Assembly: GCA_002422795.1 (NCBI GenBank)
Contig: DITJ01000004.1
Span: 31,329-95,328, forward strand
Length of the DNA: 64,000 nucleotides
Origin: Alphaproteobacteria bacterium UBA6187
Lineage (GTDB): Bacteria > Pseudomonadota > Alphaproteobacteria > Rickettsiales > UBA6187
Direction of reading: 5' to 3'
Positions 11,585 through 21,171 of the stretch are shown here, one piece after another. Each line of letters begins with the position of its first letter. Position 1 is the stretch's first letter. The notes under the pieces are model-generated. The model saw only the letters and a program-made list of their open reading frames with translations. It was not told the origin of the DNA and searched no databases. The translations under genes and the position numbers were made by a program.

Positions 11585-12289
11585 TTATTCGTTAAAAACA
11601 ACAACCGTGTGGGCCATTTTATCATGCCAGCCTTGACATTTCTTATCATAATATATCCATATAAAGCCCAATCCTAATGGTAGTATAGATATGATATACC
11701 CAATATAGCGTATGATTAGCTGCTTCCGAGAGGGCTTCTCGCCAGTTTTCGCGTCAACTATTTTCATCTTTAGTAAAATCTTGCCGGGGGTGGCAGAGCG
11801 ATATATCCAGAATAATATAACTACTATGGCAAGAACTATGTTTTGTAAGGTAAAGGAAGCAAGCTGCCCAATGATAAATTCTGCCACCTGCTCCTGAGAT
11901 AAATCTTCAGGTCTCAATGCGCCAGAAGCCAGTAGATTCTGAAGTTCCGCATTGCCTAAGGTGTTATGGAAAATTGTGAGTACGGGAATTAATACAATAA
12001 AACTTAATATTGAATCAATGGCACTTGCCAGCATACGCATACCAAAACCAGCATATTTTATTTCGCCGTCATTGGGCTTCTTCGACCACAAGCCGATTAC
12101 CTTACTAAAAAGGCCAGTATATTTTTCTAATACCGAGTTGCATTCTTTGAACGAGGGTGTCGTGCAGCGGTCTTGTCGGTGCGCACGTAGCAAGTCTACG
12201 CTTGCGCCCTCCTCGCCTAGCACTCCTACTCGTTCTTTGAATGCAACTCGGTATAATTTAACCTTAGAAGATGAATCGTTTTGCTTCAT
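11585..12289 (-). CDS. RDD family membrane protein (start uncertain; reading frame passes through a MITE)
   Basis: RDD core YAGFGMRMLASAIDSILSF plus 3 TM segments. The track start GTG 12322 lies inside the pal terminator stem. ATG 12289 has a TAAGGT SD-like motif. An alternative TTG near 12087, downstream of the MITE, also has TAAGGT. Confidence 0.65.
   Translation of the reverse strand: MKQNDSSSKVKLYRVAFKERVGVLGEEGASVDLLRAHRQDRCTTPSFKECNSVLEKYTGLFSKVIGLWSKKPNDGEIKYAGFGMRMLASAIDSILSFIVLIPVLTIFHNTLGNAELQNLLASGALRPEDLSQEQVAEFIIGQLASFTLQNIVLAIVVILFWIYRSATPGKILLKMKIVDAKTGEKPSRKQLIIRYIGYIISILPLGLGFIWIYYDKKCQGWHDKMAHTVVVFNE
12130..12254. mobile_element. MITE inside the RDD-family ORF
   Basis: 26-bp TIRs ataccgagttgcattctttgaacgag / ctcgttctttgaatgcaactcggtat. 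The core is related to the 9490 element. It is stop-free in the ORF frame. Confidence 0.75.
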
Positions 12290-12304
12290 GGCATACCTTA
12301 AATA

Positions 12305-12346
12305 ATAAAAAAATCCCGGCACAATTATAACATGTACCGGGATTTT
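12305..12346. terminator. bidirectional rho-independent terminator (pal side)
   Basis: aaaaaaatcccgg...ccgggattttt: a stem flanked by an A-run and a T-run, 27 nt downstream of the pal stop. Confidence 0.65.
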
Positions 12347-12372
12347 TAAAATCTAATTCTTACGAACTATAA

Positions 12373-12897
12373 TTATTTCTTGTCAACAAGAACAGTTACA
12401 GCGCGACGATTTTCAGCCCAAACAGCGGCATCAGAACCAGTTACAGCTGGACGCTCTTTGCCATAGCTTACAGTAGAAACCCTAGCAGCGCTTACGCCAA
12501 GTTTAACTAACTGATTTTTTGCAGCAGCAGCACGACGTGCACCTAGAGCAATGTTGTACTCTCTTGTGCCACGCTCATCGCAATGACCTTCAACAGTTAC
12601 TTTAACATCAGCATTTTTCTTCAACCAAGCAGCTTGCTTTTCAAGAGTCTTCTGAGCAGTAGCGCTTAAAGAAGAGCTATCATAACCGAAGAATACACGG
12701 TCGCTAGCTTTAGCGCCAGTTTTGCTTCCAGGAATTGGAGTGAAAGCTTCAAGGTTTTCGCTAGCAATTCTGTATTTTTCTTCAGCTTCGTTTGCAGAAG
12801 AACCAGCAGCGCTAGTTTTGCCTTTCATTGAGCTACAAGCAGTCATTAATAAAACTACAGAAACTACAGAAAATAACTTTAAAATTCTTGGTGACAT
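12373..12897 (-). CDS. pal: peptidoglycan-associated lipoprotein
   Basis: Lipobox LLMTAC and an OmpA-like C-terminal domain (GHCDERGTREYNIALGARRA, NRRAV). Confidence 0.9.
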   Translation of the reverse strand: MSPRILKLFSVVSVVLLMTACSSMKGKTSAAGSSANEAEEKYRIASENLEAFTPIPGSKTGAKASDRVFFGYDSSSLSATAQKTLEKQAAWLKKNADVKVTVEGHCDERGTREYNIALGARRAAAAKNQLVKLGVSAARVSTVSYGKERPAVTGSDAAVWAENRRAVTVLVDKK

Positions 12898-13095
12898 TGA
12901 GGTATTCCTTTTTTATAAATTTTTGGTTTTTTATATAATATTTTTGCCATCACAAAGTGAGAACAAATTATCTTTTATACAGGCTTATTACAGTCTTTTG
13001 TGTATATGGTCAACAAATAGAATTGTTCTATAACAAAAATTTGTAATAAGTTTTTTATGTGTTGCAACAATGCTACAACGACACGCTGTATTAAA

Positions 13096-13533
13096 TTAAG
13101 CGGCATACTTAGAGCCGACAATTTCCCTGCCCGCAAAGAAGAAGCTTATTTCTTTAGCTGCGCTTTCCAAGCTATCAGATCCGTGCGCAGAATTTTCCCC
13201 TACATTTAATGCAAATTTGGCGCGTACAGTATGCGGAGCAGCTGTTGCAGGGTTAGTGCTGCCTAATATTTCACGGTAAACATCAACTGCGTTTTCACCT
13301 TCTAGAACCTGAACTATTACAGGCTCGGAAATCATGAAATCAACTAATTCGCCAAAAAATGAACGCTCTTTATGCTCAGCATAAAAAGTTTCAGCCTCAC
13401 GCCTACTTAAATGTATCATTTTCTGCGCAACTATACGTAAGCCTGTTTTTTCCAGCAAGGCGTTGATTTCGCCTGTAAGATTACGTTTTGTAGCATCCGG
13501 CTTTATAATTGAGAAGGTGCGCTGTATTGCCAT
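13096..13533 (-). CDS. ndk: nucleoside-diphosphate kinase
   Basis: [14 protein letters not shown] plus the active-site motif NSAHGSDS. Confidence 0.95.
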   Translation of the reverse strand: MAIQRTFSIIKPDATKRNLTGEINALLEKTGLRIVAQKMIHLSRREAETFYAEHKERSFFGELVDFMISEPVIVQVLEGENAVDVYREILGSTNPATAAPHTVRAKFALNVGENSAHGSDSLESAAKEISFFFAGREIVGSKYAA

Positions 13534-13663
13534 TTTTATTTCCCCTGGTTTTATACAAATTGTTAAAGAGGGGGCGACATATATAGATATATTTATAAAA
13601 AAGCAAGTGGTTATGAAGGGGGAGGAGAGATTTTAACCGTGATGATTATATTGCATGCTCATT

Positions 13664-13812
13664 CTAGGCACTGTTAGCAAATTCTACTATATCTTGCTGC
13701 AAATAGTGTTTTTCTGCGATACGGTACTCACGTATGTCTATATACGCTGCGCTCCGTTTCTCAAAAAACACCATTTTCGCTACGTTATAGCAAATTTGCT
13801 AACAGTGCCTAA
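13664..13812. mobile_element. MITE (TIR CTAGGCACTGTTAGCAAATT), copy 1
   Basis: About 148 bp with 20-bp TIRs. Only about 4 differences from the copy at 19840..19987. Confidence 0.85.
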
Positions 13813-13818
13813 TTAAAA

Positions 13819-14877
13819 CTACGGATTTGAGCTTACAGATATTTTCTTTACATATTCCTTGCAAAAAAACCTGAGCAACACACCAATAACGGCAGCACCG
13901 GGAATTGCAAGTAATACCCCCAGGAAGCCGAACATAGCCCCGCCCGCAAGCAATGCAAATATTATCCATACCGGGTGCAGGCCAACCTTATTTCCAACAA
14001 GGTTAGGGGTGATAAACATGCTTTCGGCAATTTGCCCTACCAGGAAAATACCGGCAACTACTCCAAGATTTGCTATATCACCAAACTGGAAGAAGGCCAC
14101 AATCATTCCAACTACAAAGCCGAATAAAGCGCCAACATAGGGAATAAACAGCAAAAGACCGGATGCAAGACCTATAAACACGCTGAACTGTAGACCCGCA
14201 ATAGATAAGGCAACCGCATAAAATGCGCCCAATATAAGGCATACATAGGTTTGCCCACGGATAAAGCCTGATAAAGTATGGTCAATTTCTTTCGCCTGGG
14301 AGCGTATAGTGCCCGCATATTTAGGTGGTAATAATTTATTGAGTGCTGCAATAATTTTATCCCAATCACGTAACATATAAAAAGTTACTATTGGCGAAAC
14401 AAATATAAGCGAAAGAAGGTTAATTACAGCTAACCCTGAATTCCATATATTACCCATTAAGGTTCCCAGGAATTTTATAGCATAGCCTGAAACGCCACTT
14501 ACGGATTCTTTAGCTTTTTCAAGTGCTGTCTGATCAATTTTCTGCAGGAATGTAGAAAATACAGGGATTATATTATTATTTATATAATCTATATAAGTTG
14601 GCACTGTGTGTAGGAAGGTTAGAAATTGGTCATAAAAAACCGGCGCGAGCAGGGCAATAATAATGGCTGCCGCTATAAAAAACGAAACAGTTATTATTGT
14701 GGTGGCAAATGTGCGGGAGCATCCCAGTTTTTCAAGCCTGTCTGCTGCGGGATCAAGGAAATAAGCCATTATTATGGCCACTATAAAAGGCAGTAATATA
14801 CTGCTTATTGAATATATAAATAATCCAAGGAGCGCTAATCCGGCAATCCAGAAAAATATTTTTTCTTTACGGTCCAT
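13819..14877 (-). CDS. AI-2E (PerM) family transporter
   Basis: 352 aa with about 8 TM segments. The family pattern ...LSGFIRGQ...IPYVG... is present. Confidence 0.8.
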   Translation of the reverse strand: MDRKEKIFFWIAGLALLGLFIYSISSILLPFIVAIIMAYFLDPAADRLEKLGCSRTFATTIITVSFFIAAAIIIALLAPVFYDQFLTFLHTVPTYIDYINNNIIPVFSTFLQKIDQTALEKAKESVSGVSGYAIKFLGTLMGNIWNSGLAVINLLSLIFVSPIVTFYMLRDWDKIIAALNKLLPPKYAGTIRSQAKEIDHTLSGFIRGQTYVCLILGAFYAVALSIAGLQFSVFIGLASGLLLFIPYVGALFGFVVGMIVAFFQFGDIANLGVVAGIFLVGQIAESMFITPNLVGNKVGLHPVWIIFALLAGGAMFGFLGVLLAIPGAAVIGVLLRFFCKEYVKKISVSSNP

Positions 14878-14888
14878 TGCTTTATCCC

Positions 14889-15974
14889 CTATTTTGCTCG
14901 CAAAATAATTGCCGTACCAGTATTTTCAAGCACCAAACCCTGTTCATTCATTTTAGTCGTAAGGCTTTCAAAATCATCGCTAAAAGATATTTGGATAAGT
15001 GCATATTTTGCAGTTAAAGAAGTTACCGCGGATGATTTCAGGAAACTAAGGTTTTCTATGCGGTTACGTATCGCTATCCATTCTTCCAGACTGGAAAATG
15101 GTACAGTAAGCGTAATTTTTGTACTAGTGGCGTTAGAATCTGCTTTATCCTTTATCCACTGGCTTTCAAATAACGAAATAATATTCCTGGCAGCTTTGCC
15201 AAAAATATCCTCACCAACTTGCAGATCGCTATTTTTAAAGGACATTTCCTTGATAGCGCCTGCCGGGTCTTTTAAATCCTGCATTCTTATAATTAATTTA
15301 TCAGCATCTTTATATGCCACAATTAGGATAAGTTTATCGGCATTATAATCCTGGCCCATTTTAAGTATGGATTCTTTTGTACTGCTGTCAATATTTTCAA
15401 TATTCTGGGTTAAGCTGGATTTATCTACCGCACCTTTGGAAGGTATAGATATATTAAGAACGTGATTGGCACTCGCAGTCGCGCTAAGGCTGCTTCTTAA
15501 GGGATTTTCAGCTTCAAACAACAGGTTGCTCTGGCCATCTAGGAATAAAGGCAGGATTACGATAGGCAGGCTTTTCTTATCGGTAAAACTAACATTACTA
15601 TCTTTCAGTAAATTATCAACAAGCGCGCGGTTAAAGGAAATGCTTAAAGTGGCGCTATAGAAAGTAGAAGTTATTTTTTCATTATTAACTTCAATGCCTT
15701 GTACTAATTCGGATATTTTTGCTGCATCTATATTAGCAAGATTGTTAGGCTGGCTGGTGGTTATGCGCTCAAGCAATTTGCTAAAAGCTTCCTTCTGGCC
15801 TGCGGCCATGGCATTATCTTTAGCCTGCTTGGCGTTGGTGCTGGTACTGTTTACTTTTATACCGTCTATAGTAAACAAGTCAGCACTAATGGCCTTCCCA
15901 CTGAAGGAAATTATAAAAACAAAGGCAAGTAACCTGAAATATAACATCATATAATTATTGTAAAATTGCGACAA
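14889..15974 (-). CDS. secreted hypothetical protein, possibly DUF2066-like
   Basis: Signal-like N-terminus, then a LFTIDGIKV...AMAAGQKEAFSKLLERIT pattern. Its position divergent from purM matches the usual DUF2066 context. Confidence 0.45.
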   Translation of the reverse strand: MSQFYNNYMMLYFRLLAFVFIISFSGKAISADLFTIDGIKVNSTSTNAKQAKDNAMAAGQKEAFSKLLERITTSQPNNLANIDAAKISELVQGIEVNNEKITSTFYSATLSISFNRALVDNLLKDSNVSFTDKKSLPIVILPLFLDGQSNLLFEAENPLRSSLSATASANHVLNISIPSKGAVDKSSLTQNIENIDSSTKESILKMGQDYNADKLILIVAYKDADKLIIRMQDLKDPAGAIKEMSFKNSDLQVGEDIFGKAARNIISLFESQWIKDKADSNATSTKITLTVPFSSLEEWIAIRNRIENLSFLKSSAVTSLTAKYALIQISFSDDFESLTTKMNEQGLVLENTGTAIILRAK

Positions 15975-16018
15975 TTACTCTATTAGTTACACGAATTTTT
16001 TAACTTAGAAAAGAAGTT

Positions 16019-16112
16019 TATACTCATTCTGATTTAAACTGCCGTTTAGATACGAGTATTTTTTATTATAGGAAAAAGTTAAATCTGAAGTAATAGTGGC
16101 CCTATTTCAAGG
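16019..16112. mobile_element. half-copy of the MITE with TIR TATACTCATTCTGATTTAAACTGCCG
   Basis: It matches the reverse complement of the right half of the 17776..17939 element over about 90 bp. Confidence 0.7.
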
Positions 16113-16201
16113 ATTTTACTTTTTTCTATAATAAATTTAAAGACAAAGTATATAATCGGTAGTTTAAATTAGAATGAATATATTTTCTTTATAGGCAAAA
16201 C

Positions 16202-17245
16202 ATGGCTGGAAAAACTTCATATAAAAGCGCAGGCGTAGATATTGATGCGGGTAACGAACTAGTATCGCGCATAAAACCACTGGCAAAAAGTACAAGAAGG
16301 GTAGGGGCCGATGCAGACCTTGGTGGTTTTGGCGGTCTTTTTGATTTAGCCGCATGTAAATATAAAGACCCAGTTTTAGTTTCTGCAAATGATGGCGTTG
16401 GCACAAAATTAATGCTGGCTTTTTCAACTGGCATCCATGATACCGTGGGCATAGACCTTGTTGCCATGTGCGTGAATGATTTAGTGGTACAAGGCGCTGA
16501 GCCATTATTTTTCCTTGATTATTTCGCAACTGGTGGCCTTGATGTTGAAAAAGCCCATGATGTAATAAAAGGCATCGCAGAAGGGTGCAGGCAAGCAGGC
16601 GCAGCCTTAATAGGCGGGGAAACCGCAGAAATGCCTGGCATGTATGAACGCGGCCATTACGATCTTGCCGGGTTTGCGGTTGGAGCAGTTGAGCGCGATA
16701 AAATTCTGCCAAGAGGCGATATTAAAGCCGGTGATGCTATAATAGGAATTGCATCAAGCGGCGTGCATTCTAACGGCTTTTCGCTTGTGCGCCATGTTAT
16801 GAAAACATCTGGCCTTGAATATGATGCAGCAGCGCCGTTTGCAGATGGAAAAACATTGGGCGAAGCCTTAATTACCCCAACACGCATATATGTTAAATCC
16901 TGCCTGGCTTTGTGCCGCGCTGGCTTGCCGAAAGCTTTTGCGCATATAACCGGAGGTGGGTTTGTTGAAAATATCCCGAGAGTGCTGCCTGATAATTTAG
17001 CTGCTAAAATCAATTATGGCTCATGGGAATTCCTGCCTGTATTCAAGTGGCTTATGGATGAAGGCAATATTGATGTAATGGAAATGCTACGCACCTTTAA
17101 CTGCGGCGTTGGCATGATTACTGTTGTTGCTAAAGAAGATGCTGCTGCAGCGCTGGATCTATTAAAAGAAAATGGTGAAAATGCAGTGTTAATCGGCGAA
17201 CTCACCGAGAGAAGCGGCGAGGCGGTTGAGATTATTGGGTTGTAA
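16202..17245 (+). CDS. purM: phosphoribosylformylglycinamidine cyclo-ligase
   Basis: 347 aa with [10 protein letters not shown] and [11 protein letters not shown] motifs. Confidence 0.95.
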   Translation: MAGKTSYKSAGVDIDAGNELVSRIKPLAKSTRRVGADADLGGFGGLFDLAACKYKDPVLVSANDGVGTKLMLAFSTGIHDTVGIDLVAMCVNDLVVQGAEPLFFLDYFATGGLDVEKAHDVIKGIAEGCRQAGAALIGGETAEMPGMYERGHYDLAGFAVGAVERDKILPRGDIKAGDAIIGIASSGVHSNGFSLVRHVMKTSGLEYDAAAPFADGKTLGEALITPTRIYVKSCLALCRAGLPKAFAHITGGGFVENIPRVLPDNLAAKINYGSWEFLPVFKWLMDEGNIDVMEMLRTFNCGVGMITVVAKEDAAAALDLLKENGENAVLIGELTERSGEAVEIIGL

Positions 17246-17253
17246 GCAGTCAG

Positions 17254-17360
17254 TATAGTGAATTTGCTTTTTATTTACGCTAGGAAACCCTTGTCGATGT
17301 GTAGGAGAACTACATGAGACGATGATTGACAACGCGTAAATAAAAATGAAATTTACTATA
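17254..17360. mobile_element. MITE, arm type B / core type 1
   Basis: Arms are tatagtgaatttgctttttatttacgc / gcgtaaataaaaatgaaatttactata. The 36-nt core is identical, in reverse complement, to the core of the 11448 element. Confidence 0.8.
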
Positions 17361-17448
17361 AAATAGTGCAAGTGCAGGTTTTTAGTGTAGTAATGCTTGC
17401 ACTTAGACTTACAACTTGCACTTTTATAATCATATATAAAGCACTTTT

Positions 17449-17697
17449 ATGCAGGAAATAATCGGCACAATCGCCGCAACTCTCACAACATTAAGCTTCT
17501 TACCCCAAACAATTAAAGTTATTAAAACCAGACATACCAAGGATATTTCCCTGCTTATGTATGTATTACTGGTAGTTGGGGTATCGTTATGGTTTGTTTA
17601 TGGAATAATGCTGCATAGCTGGCCAATTATTATTTCCAACTTTGTTACGCTTCCCCTTGTAATAACGATATTAATTATGAAAATATGGGAAAAGTAA
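17449..17697 (+). CDS. SemiSWEET / PQ-loop family transporter
   Basis: 82 aa with 3 TM segments and the PQ motif in TM1 (LSFLPQTIKVIKT). Confidence 0.7.
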   Translation: MQEIIGTIAATLTTLSFLPQTIKVIKTRHTKDISLLMYVLLVVGVSLWFVYGIMLHSWPIIISNFVTLPLVITILIMKIWEK

Positions 17698-17775
17698 CAC
17701 GCAAAAAGATATAAAATGCAGTAATAAAATGCTTTGTTGGCGGAGCCTAGGTATAATAATGCCGATAATTACCGT

Positions 17776-17939
17776 TATACTCATTCTGACTCAAACTTCC
17801 GATTATATACTTCGTCTTTATTTGTTGTATATAAAAAATTAAATCTTTGAAATAGAGCCACTATTCCTAAAGATTTAACTTTTACCTACAACAAAAAATA
17901 CTCGTATCTAAATCGGCAGTTTAAATCAGAATGAGTATA
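17776..17939. mobile_element. MITE with TIR TATACTCATTCTGA...TCAGAATGAGTATA, full copy
   Basis: About 164 bp with long imperfect TIRs. A 20-bp TIR remnant lies at 19321..19340. Confidence 0.75.
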
Positions 17940-18036
17940 TACTGAGCGCTGTTTGTATTTATCTATTTCACTTGTTGTATTTTCCCTATTTTTATGTAAA
18001 ATATTTTCACCAAATTAGGAAGTATAGGAAATACTT

Positions 18037-18645
18037 ATGATTATTATCGGCCTTACCGGATCAATAGCTACAGGAAAAACATTTGTAGCAAAATGCTTTG
18101 CAAAGTTAGGAGCAAAGGTATTTGATGCTGATATTGCGGTGCATGAATTATTAACTTATTCTGGAAAAGCCGTAAGGCCGGTGCGGGAAGTGTTTCCAGA
18201 AAGTTATGATGAGGGCTGTATATGCAGGAAAAAACTAGGTTCTATAGTTTTCAATAATGCAGAAAAAAGGCAGCAACTTGAAGAAATAATGCATCCTTTG
18301 GTGGATATGGAACGTGAGAAATTCTTAAAAGATGCGGAAAAACAAAGAATTAGCGTGGCCGTATTGGAAATTCCACTTCTGTTTGAATCCAAGGTAAAAG
18401 TTGCTTGTGATTATGTTGTGGTAACTATTGTAGACAAAAATATACAAAAAGAGCGCGCCCTAGATAGAGAGGGAATGACAGAAGCAAGGTTTAATGCTAT
18501 AAACTCGTTGCAAATGGACAGTAATGAAAAAGCAAAGCGTGCGGATTTTGTCATTGATACCAAAGAAAGTGAATTTTCCGTATTCAGGAAAGTTAAACAA
18601 ATAATGTATAATGTGCGGAGCCGCGATGCGGGAGATAGCATTTGA
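18037..18645 (+). CDS. coaE: dephospho-CoA kinase
   Basis: P-loop GLTGSIATGKT plus the family-typical EIPLLFE. Confidence 0.9.
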   Translation: MIIIGLTGSIATGKTFVAKCFAKLGAKVFDADIAVHELLTYSGKAVRPVREVFPESYDEGCICRKKLGSIVFNNAEKRQQLEEIMHPLVDMEREKFLKDAEKQRISVAVLEIPLLFESKVKVACDYVVVTIVDKNIQKERALDREGMTEARFNAINSLQMDSNEKAKRADFVIDTKESEFSVFRKVKQIMYNVRSRDAGDSI

Positions 18646-19315
18646 CACAGAAACAACGGGGCTAGAGCCCAGACAAGGCCATAGGATTGTAGAAATTGGC
18701 TGTATAGAGTTAATTGACAGGGTAAGAACGGGAAAATTTTTCCATGCATATGTAAATCCAGAACGCGACGTTCCGCAAAGGGTGGTAAATATCCATGGAA
18801 TTACAGAAGAATTTCTTGCCGATAAACCATTATTCCGGAAAATAGCGGCTCAATTCCTTGAATTTGTTGGTGATTCGCCACTTGTAATCCACAATGCTGC
18901 TTTTGATATAAAATTCATAAATTTTGAACTTGAACGTGCCTCTTTTCCAGAAATAAACGCTAAAAGGGCGATAGATACGCTTGTAATTGCCCGTGCAAAA
19001 TTCCCAGGTGCGAAAGTAAGCCTGGATGCGCTTTGTGACCGTTTTGGTGTAAACCTTTCCCGCAGGGAGAAACACGGCGCATTACTTGATGCAGAATTGC
19101 TTGCCGATGTTTATATCGGACTTACAGGCGGTAAGCAGGGGTCTATGTTCGATGAAAGTAGCAAGGAAGCTGCCAATAAAATAATTGCCATACCTACTGT
19201 TAAAAATGAATTTGTATCATTTGCACCGCGCGAATACATTCTTTCCGAAGAAGAAATTGAGAAACATAAAGAATTTATCAGCAAAAAATTAAAGAACGCG
19301 ATGTGGGAAGCTTAG
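18626..19315 (+). CDS. dnaQ: DNA polymerase III subunit epsilon
   Basis: ExoI FDTETTG, ExoII HNAAFD and ExoIII HGALLDAELLADVY. Start set to ATG 18626 (MREIAFD). Confidence 0.9.
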   Translation: MREIAFDTETTGLEPRQGHRIVEIGCIELIDRVRTGKFFHAYVNPERDVPQRVVNIHGITEEFLADKPLFRKIAAQFLEFVGDSPLVIHNAAFDIKFINFELERASFPEINAKRAIDTLVIARAKFPGAKVSLDALCDRFGVNLSRREKHGALLDAELLADVYIGLTGGKQGSMFDESSKEAANKIIAIPTVKNEFVSFAPREYILSEEEIEKHKEFISKKLKNAMWEA

Positions 19316-19361
19316 GTGGTTTGAATCAGAATGGGTATATGAAAAATGCCAGCTATAAGCC

Positions 19362-19826
19362 CTATTCCCGGTGATAAGGATGCCCACTGATAATGCTATA
19401 AGCCCTGTAAACCTGCTCAGCCAGCATTGAGCGAACTAGCATATGCGGCCAGGTTAGCTTGCCGAAGGAAAGAATAAAATCCGATTTCTGCCTTAAATTG
19501 TCGCTAAGCCCATCCGCGCCGCCAATAACAAATGCAATAGAGCTGGTGCCTTCGCTTTGCCATGCAGATACTATACCTGCCAGCTCTAAACTGGAGATAT
19601 TCTTTCCGCGTTCATCAAGTGAGATTATTTTGCTGGATTTGGGAATGGCGCTAAGAAGCAATTCTGCTTCGGCAGATTTAAGCTGCTCGCCTGATAAAGC
19701 TTTTTTTGCTTCGAACTCTTTTAATTCGAACTGCCAGGGTATGCGCTTGATATAAGAGGCGAAGATTTCCTTCTCGGGAGAATTCTTAAATTTCCCGATA
19801 GCGGCAACAGTTACCTTCATACTCAC
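19362..19826 (-). CDS. rlmH: 23S rRNA (pseudouridine1915-N3)-methyltransferase
   Basis: SPOUT fold pattern with FVIGGADG and the C-terminal GHPYHRE. Confidence 0.9.
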   Translation of the reverse strand: MSMKVTVAAIGKFKNSPEKEIFASYIKRIPWQFELKEFEAKKALSGEQLKSAEAELLLSAIPKSSKIISLDERGKNISSLELAGIVSAWQSEGTSSIAFVIGGADGLSDNLRQKSDFILSFGKLTWPHMLVRSMLAEQVYRAYSIISGHPYHRE

Positions 19827-19839
19827 CTCTTATTCTATG

Positions 19840-19987
19840 CTAGGCACTGTTAGCAAATTCTACTATATCTTGCTGCAAATATTGTTTTTCTGCGATACGG
19901 TGCTCACGTATGTCTATATACGCTGCGCTCCGTTTCTCAAAAAACACCATTTTCGCTACGTTTAGCGAATTTGCTAACAGTGCCTAG
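19840..19987. mobile_element. MITE (TIR CTAGGCACTGTTAGCAAATT), copy 2
   Basis: Near-identical to 13664..13812. Its right TIR contains the rsfS stop codon (cta at 19984..19986). Confidence 0.85.
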
Positions 19988-20331
19988 CGCATTAAAGCCG
20001 GTTCATTAATCGGCAATGCCCACATTTTTTCAAGGTTATACATTTCCCTGTATTCCGGTTTAAAGATGTGTACTATTACATCCCCAATATCAACCAGAAC
20101 CCAATTACCTTCCGACATCCCTTCAACAGAAACATCGCTGTAATTTAGTTTATCTCTGACATTTTTAACCAGGTTTTGTGCCAGGGAGCTTGTATGGCGG
20201 TCTGAAGTACCTGATGCGATAATCATGTAATCAGCTATATCTGTCTTGCCTTCGAGATTTATGGTAACAACATTCTGTGCCTTACCATCCTCTAAAGATT
20301 CCTCTACCAGGCTTTTAAGATCAGATATAAT
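19984..20331 (-). CDS. rsfS: ribosome silencing factor RsfS (start codon non-canonical or uncertain)
   Basis: DYMIIASGTSDRH, WVLVDIGDVIVHIF and LEKMW motifs. The RsfS-like sequence (LKSLVEESLEDGKAQNVVTINLEGKTDIA) continues 48 codons upstream of the first ATG (20226). That stretch has no ATG, GTG or TTG before the stop at 20371..20373. ATT 20331 is one candidate. Confidence 0.75.
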   Translation of the reverse strand: MISDLKSLVEESLEDGKAQNVVTINLEGKTDIADYMIIASGTSDRHTSSLAQNLVKNVRDKLNYSDVSVEGMSEGNWVLVDIGDVIVHIFKPEYREMYNLEKMWALPINEPALMR

Positions 20332-20429
20332 TTTTTCGATATGTTGTGTGGTTATGTTGGTTCTCGCTTTTTAGGTTATATTCCCATTATATAATAATAA
20401 GCAGGCATATTACCAGTGGTATTTTGTTT

Positions 20430-21020
20430 TTATTTTTCAAATCCATCCTGGGTTGAACTGTCATTTCTTATTTTTGTAGCTGAAGCCGGGTGGATTTCAA
20501 TATCAAGGAATGTCCATGCTGGCGGATTTGTGTAATTAAGCTGCTTTGCATCGTTAATTTTATATGCTGCAAATTTTGCGGCTACTTCACCAGTTAGCGC
20601 TTTTTCTTTTAAATCACCGCGATTAAACACAGCTATGGGCATTATTTCCATAATATCCTGCCATTTGTGCCATTTTGGAAATTGCAATAAATTATCAGCG
20701 CCCATAAGCCACACAAAATTATTTTTCGGATATTCTGCTTTAAGGGCAAGCATTGTATCATAAGTATAGGTTGTGCCTGAATTTATTTCAAAATCAGAAA
20801 CCTTAATTTGCGGGCAGTTTTCGGCAACTTGCCGCGCAATAGCAAGGCGGTTTTCAAATTCAGCCATGCCTTGTTTTTCTTTAAGCGGATTTTGCGGGGA
20901 TACCAGCCACCAGATTTCATCAAGGCCAAGAAGCTTTATGGCCTGCTTGCTTATATAAACATGGCCGGCATGTGCAGGGTTGAATGAGCCGCCAAGTAGG
21001 CCGATTTTAGGTGGGGGCAT
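20430..21020 (-). CDS. nadD: nicotinate-nucleotide adenylyltransferase
   Basis: GGSFNPAHAGH nucleotidyltransferase motif and ISATKIR-like HPASATKIR. Confidence 0.9.
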   Translation of the reverse strand: MPPPKIGLLGGSFNPAHAGHVYISKQAIKLLGLDEIWWLVSPQNPLKEKQGMAEFENRLAIARQVAENCPQIKVSDFEINSGTTYTYDTMLALKAEYPKNNFVWLMGADNLLQFPKWHKWQDIMEIMPIAVFNRGDLKEKALTGEVAAKFAAYKINDAKQLNYTNPPAWTFLDIEIHPASATKIRNDSSTQDGFEK

Positions 21021-21171
21021 GTTTTACGACTTTTGTTTGGAAAGATTGCGCTTCTTATTAAAAGCACTAGCATACAATTAAGAGTTGTGAACTTTCCTCT
21101 CCCTCAGGGAGAGGGAATCTGCACGGCTCCTTATGAACGGTAGTACATTATTATCTTATATGCAAGACACC

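Noticed and set aside
12290-12322. GTG start at 12322 for the RDD ORF (MPGFFYYLRYA...).
   Set aside because: These codons are the stem and T-run of the pal terminator (ccgggattttttt). ATG 12289, preceded by TAAGGT, is more plausible.
16164-16712. 182-aa and 92-aa minus-strand ORFs overlapping purM. Similar antisense ORFs overlap ahcY (10027..10485), proA (21409..22507), proB (22682..23140), hscA (52529..54133), ftsK (61214..62876) and others.
   Set aside because: They lie entirely antisense to genes with unmistakable conserved motifs. Their composition is skewed and low-complexity (Ser/Leu/Pro/Arg-rich), and they have no ribosome-binding sites. They are ordinary shadow ORFs.
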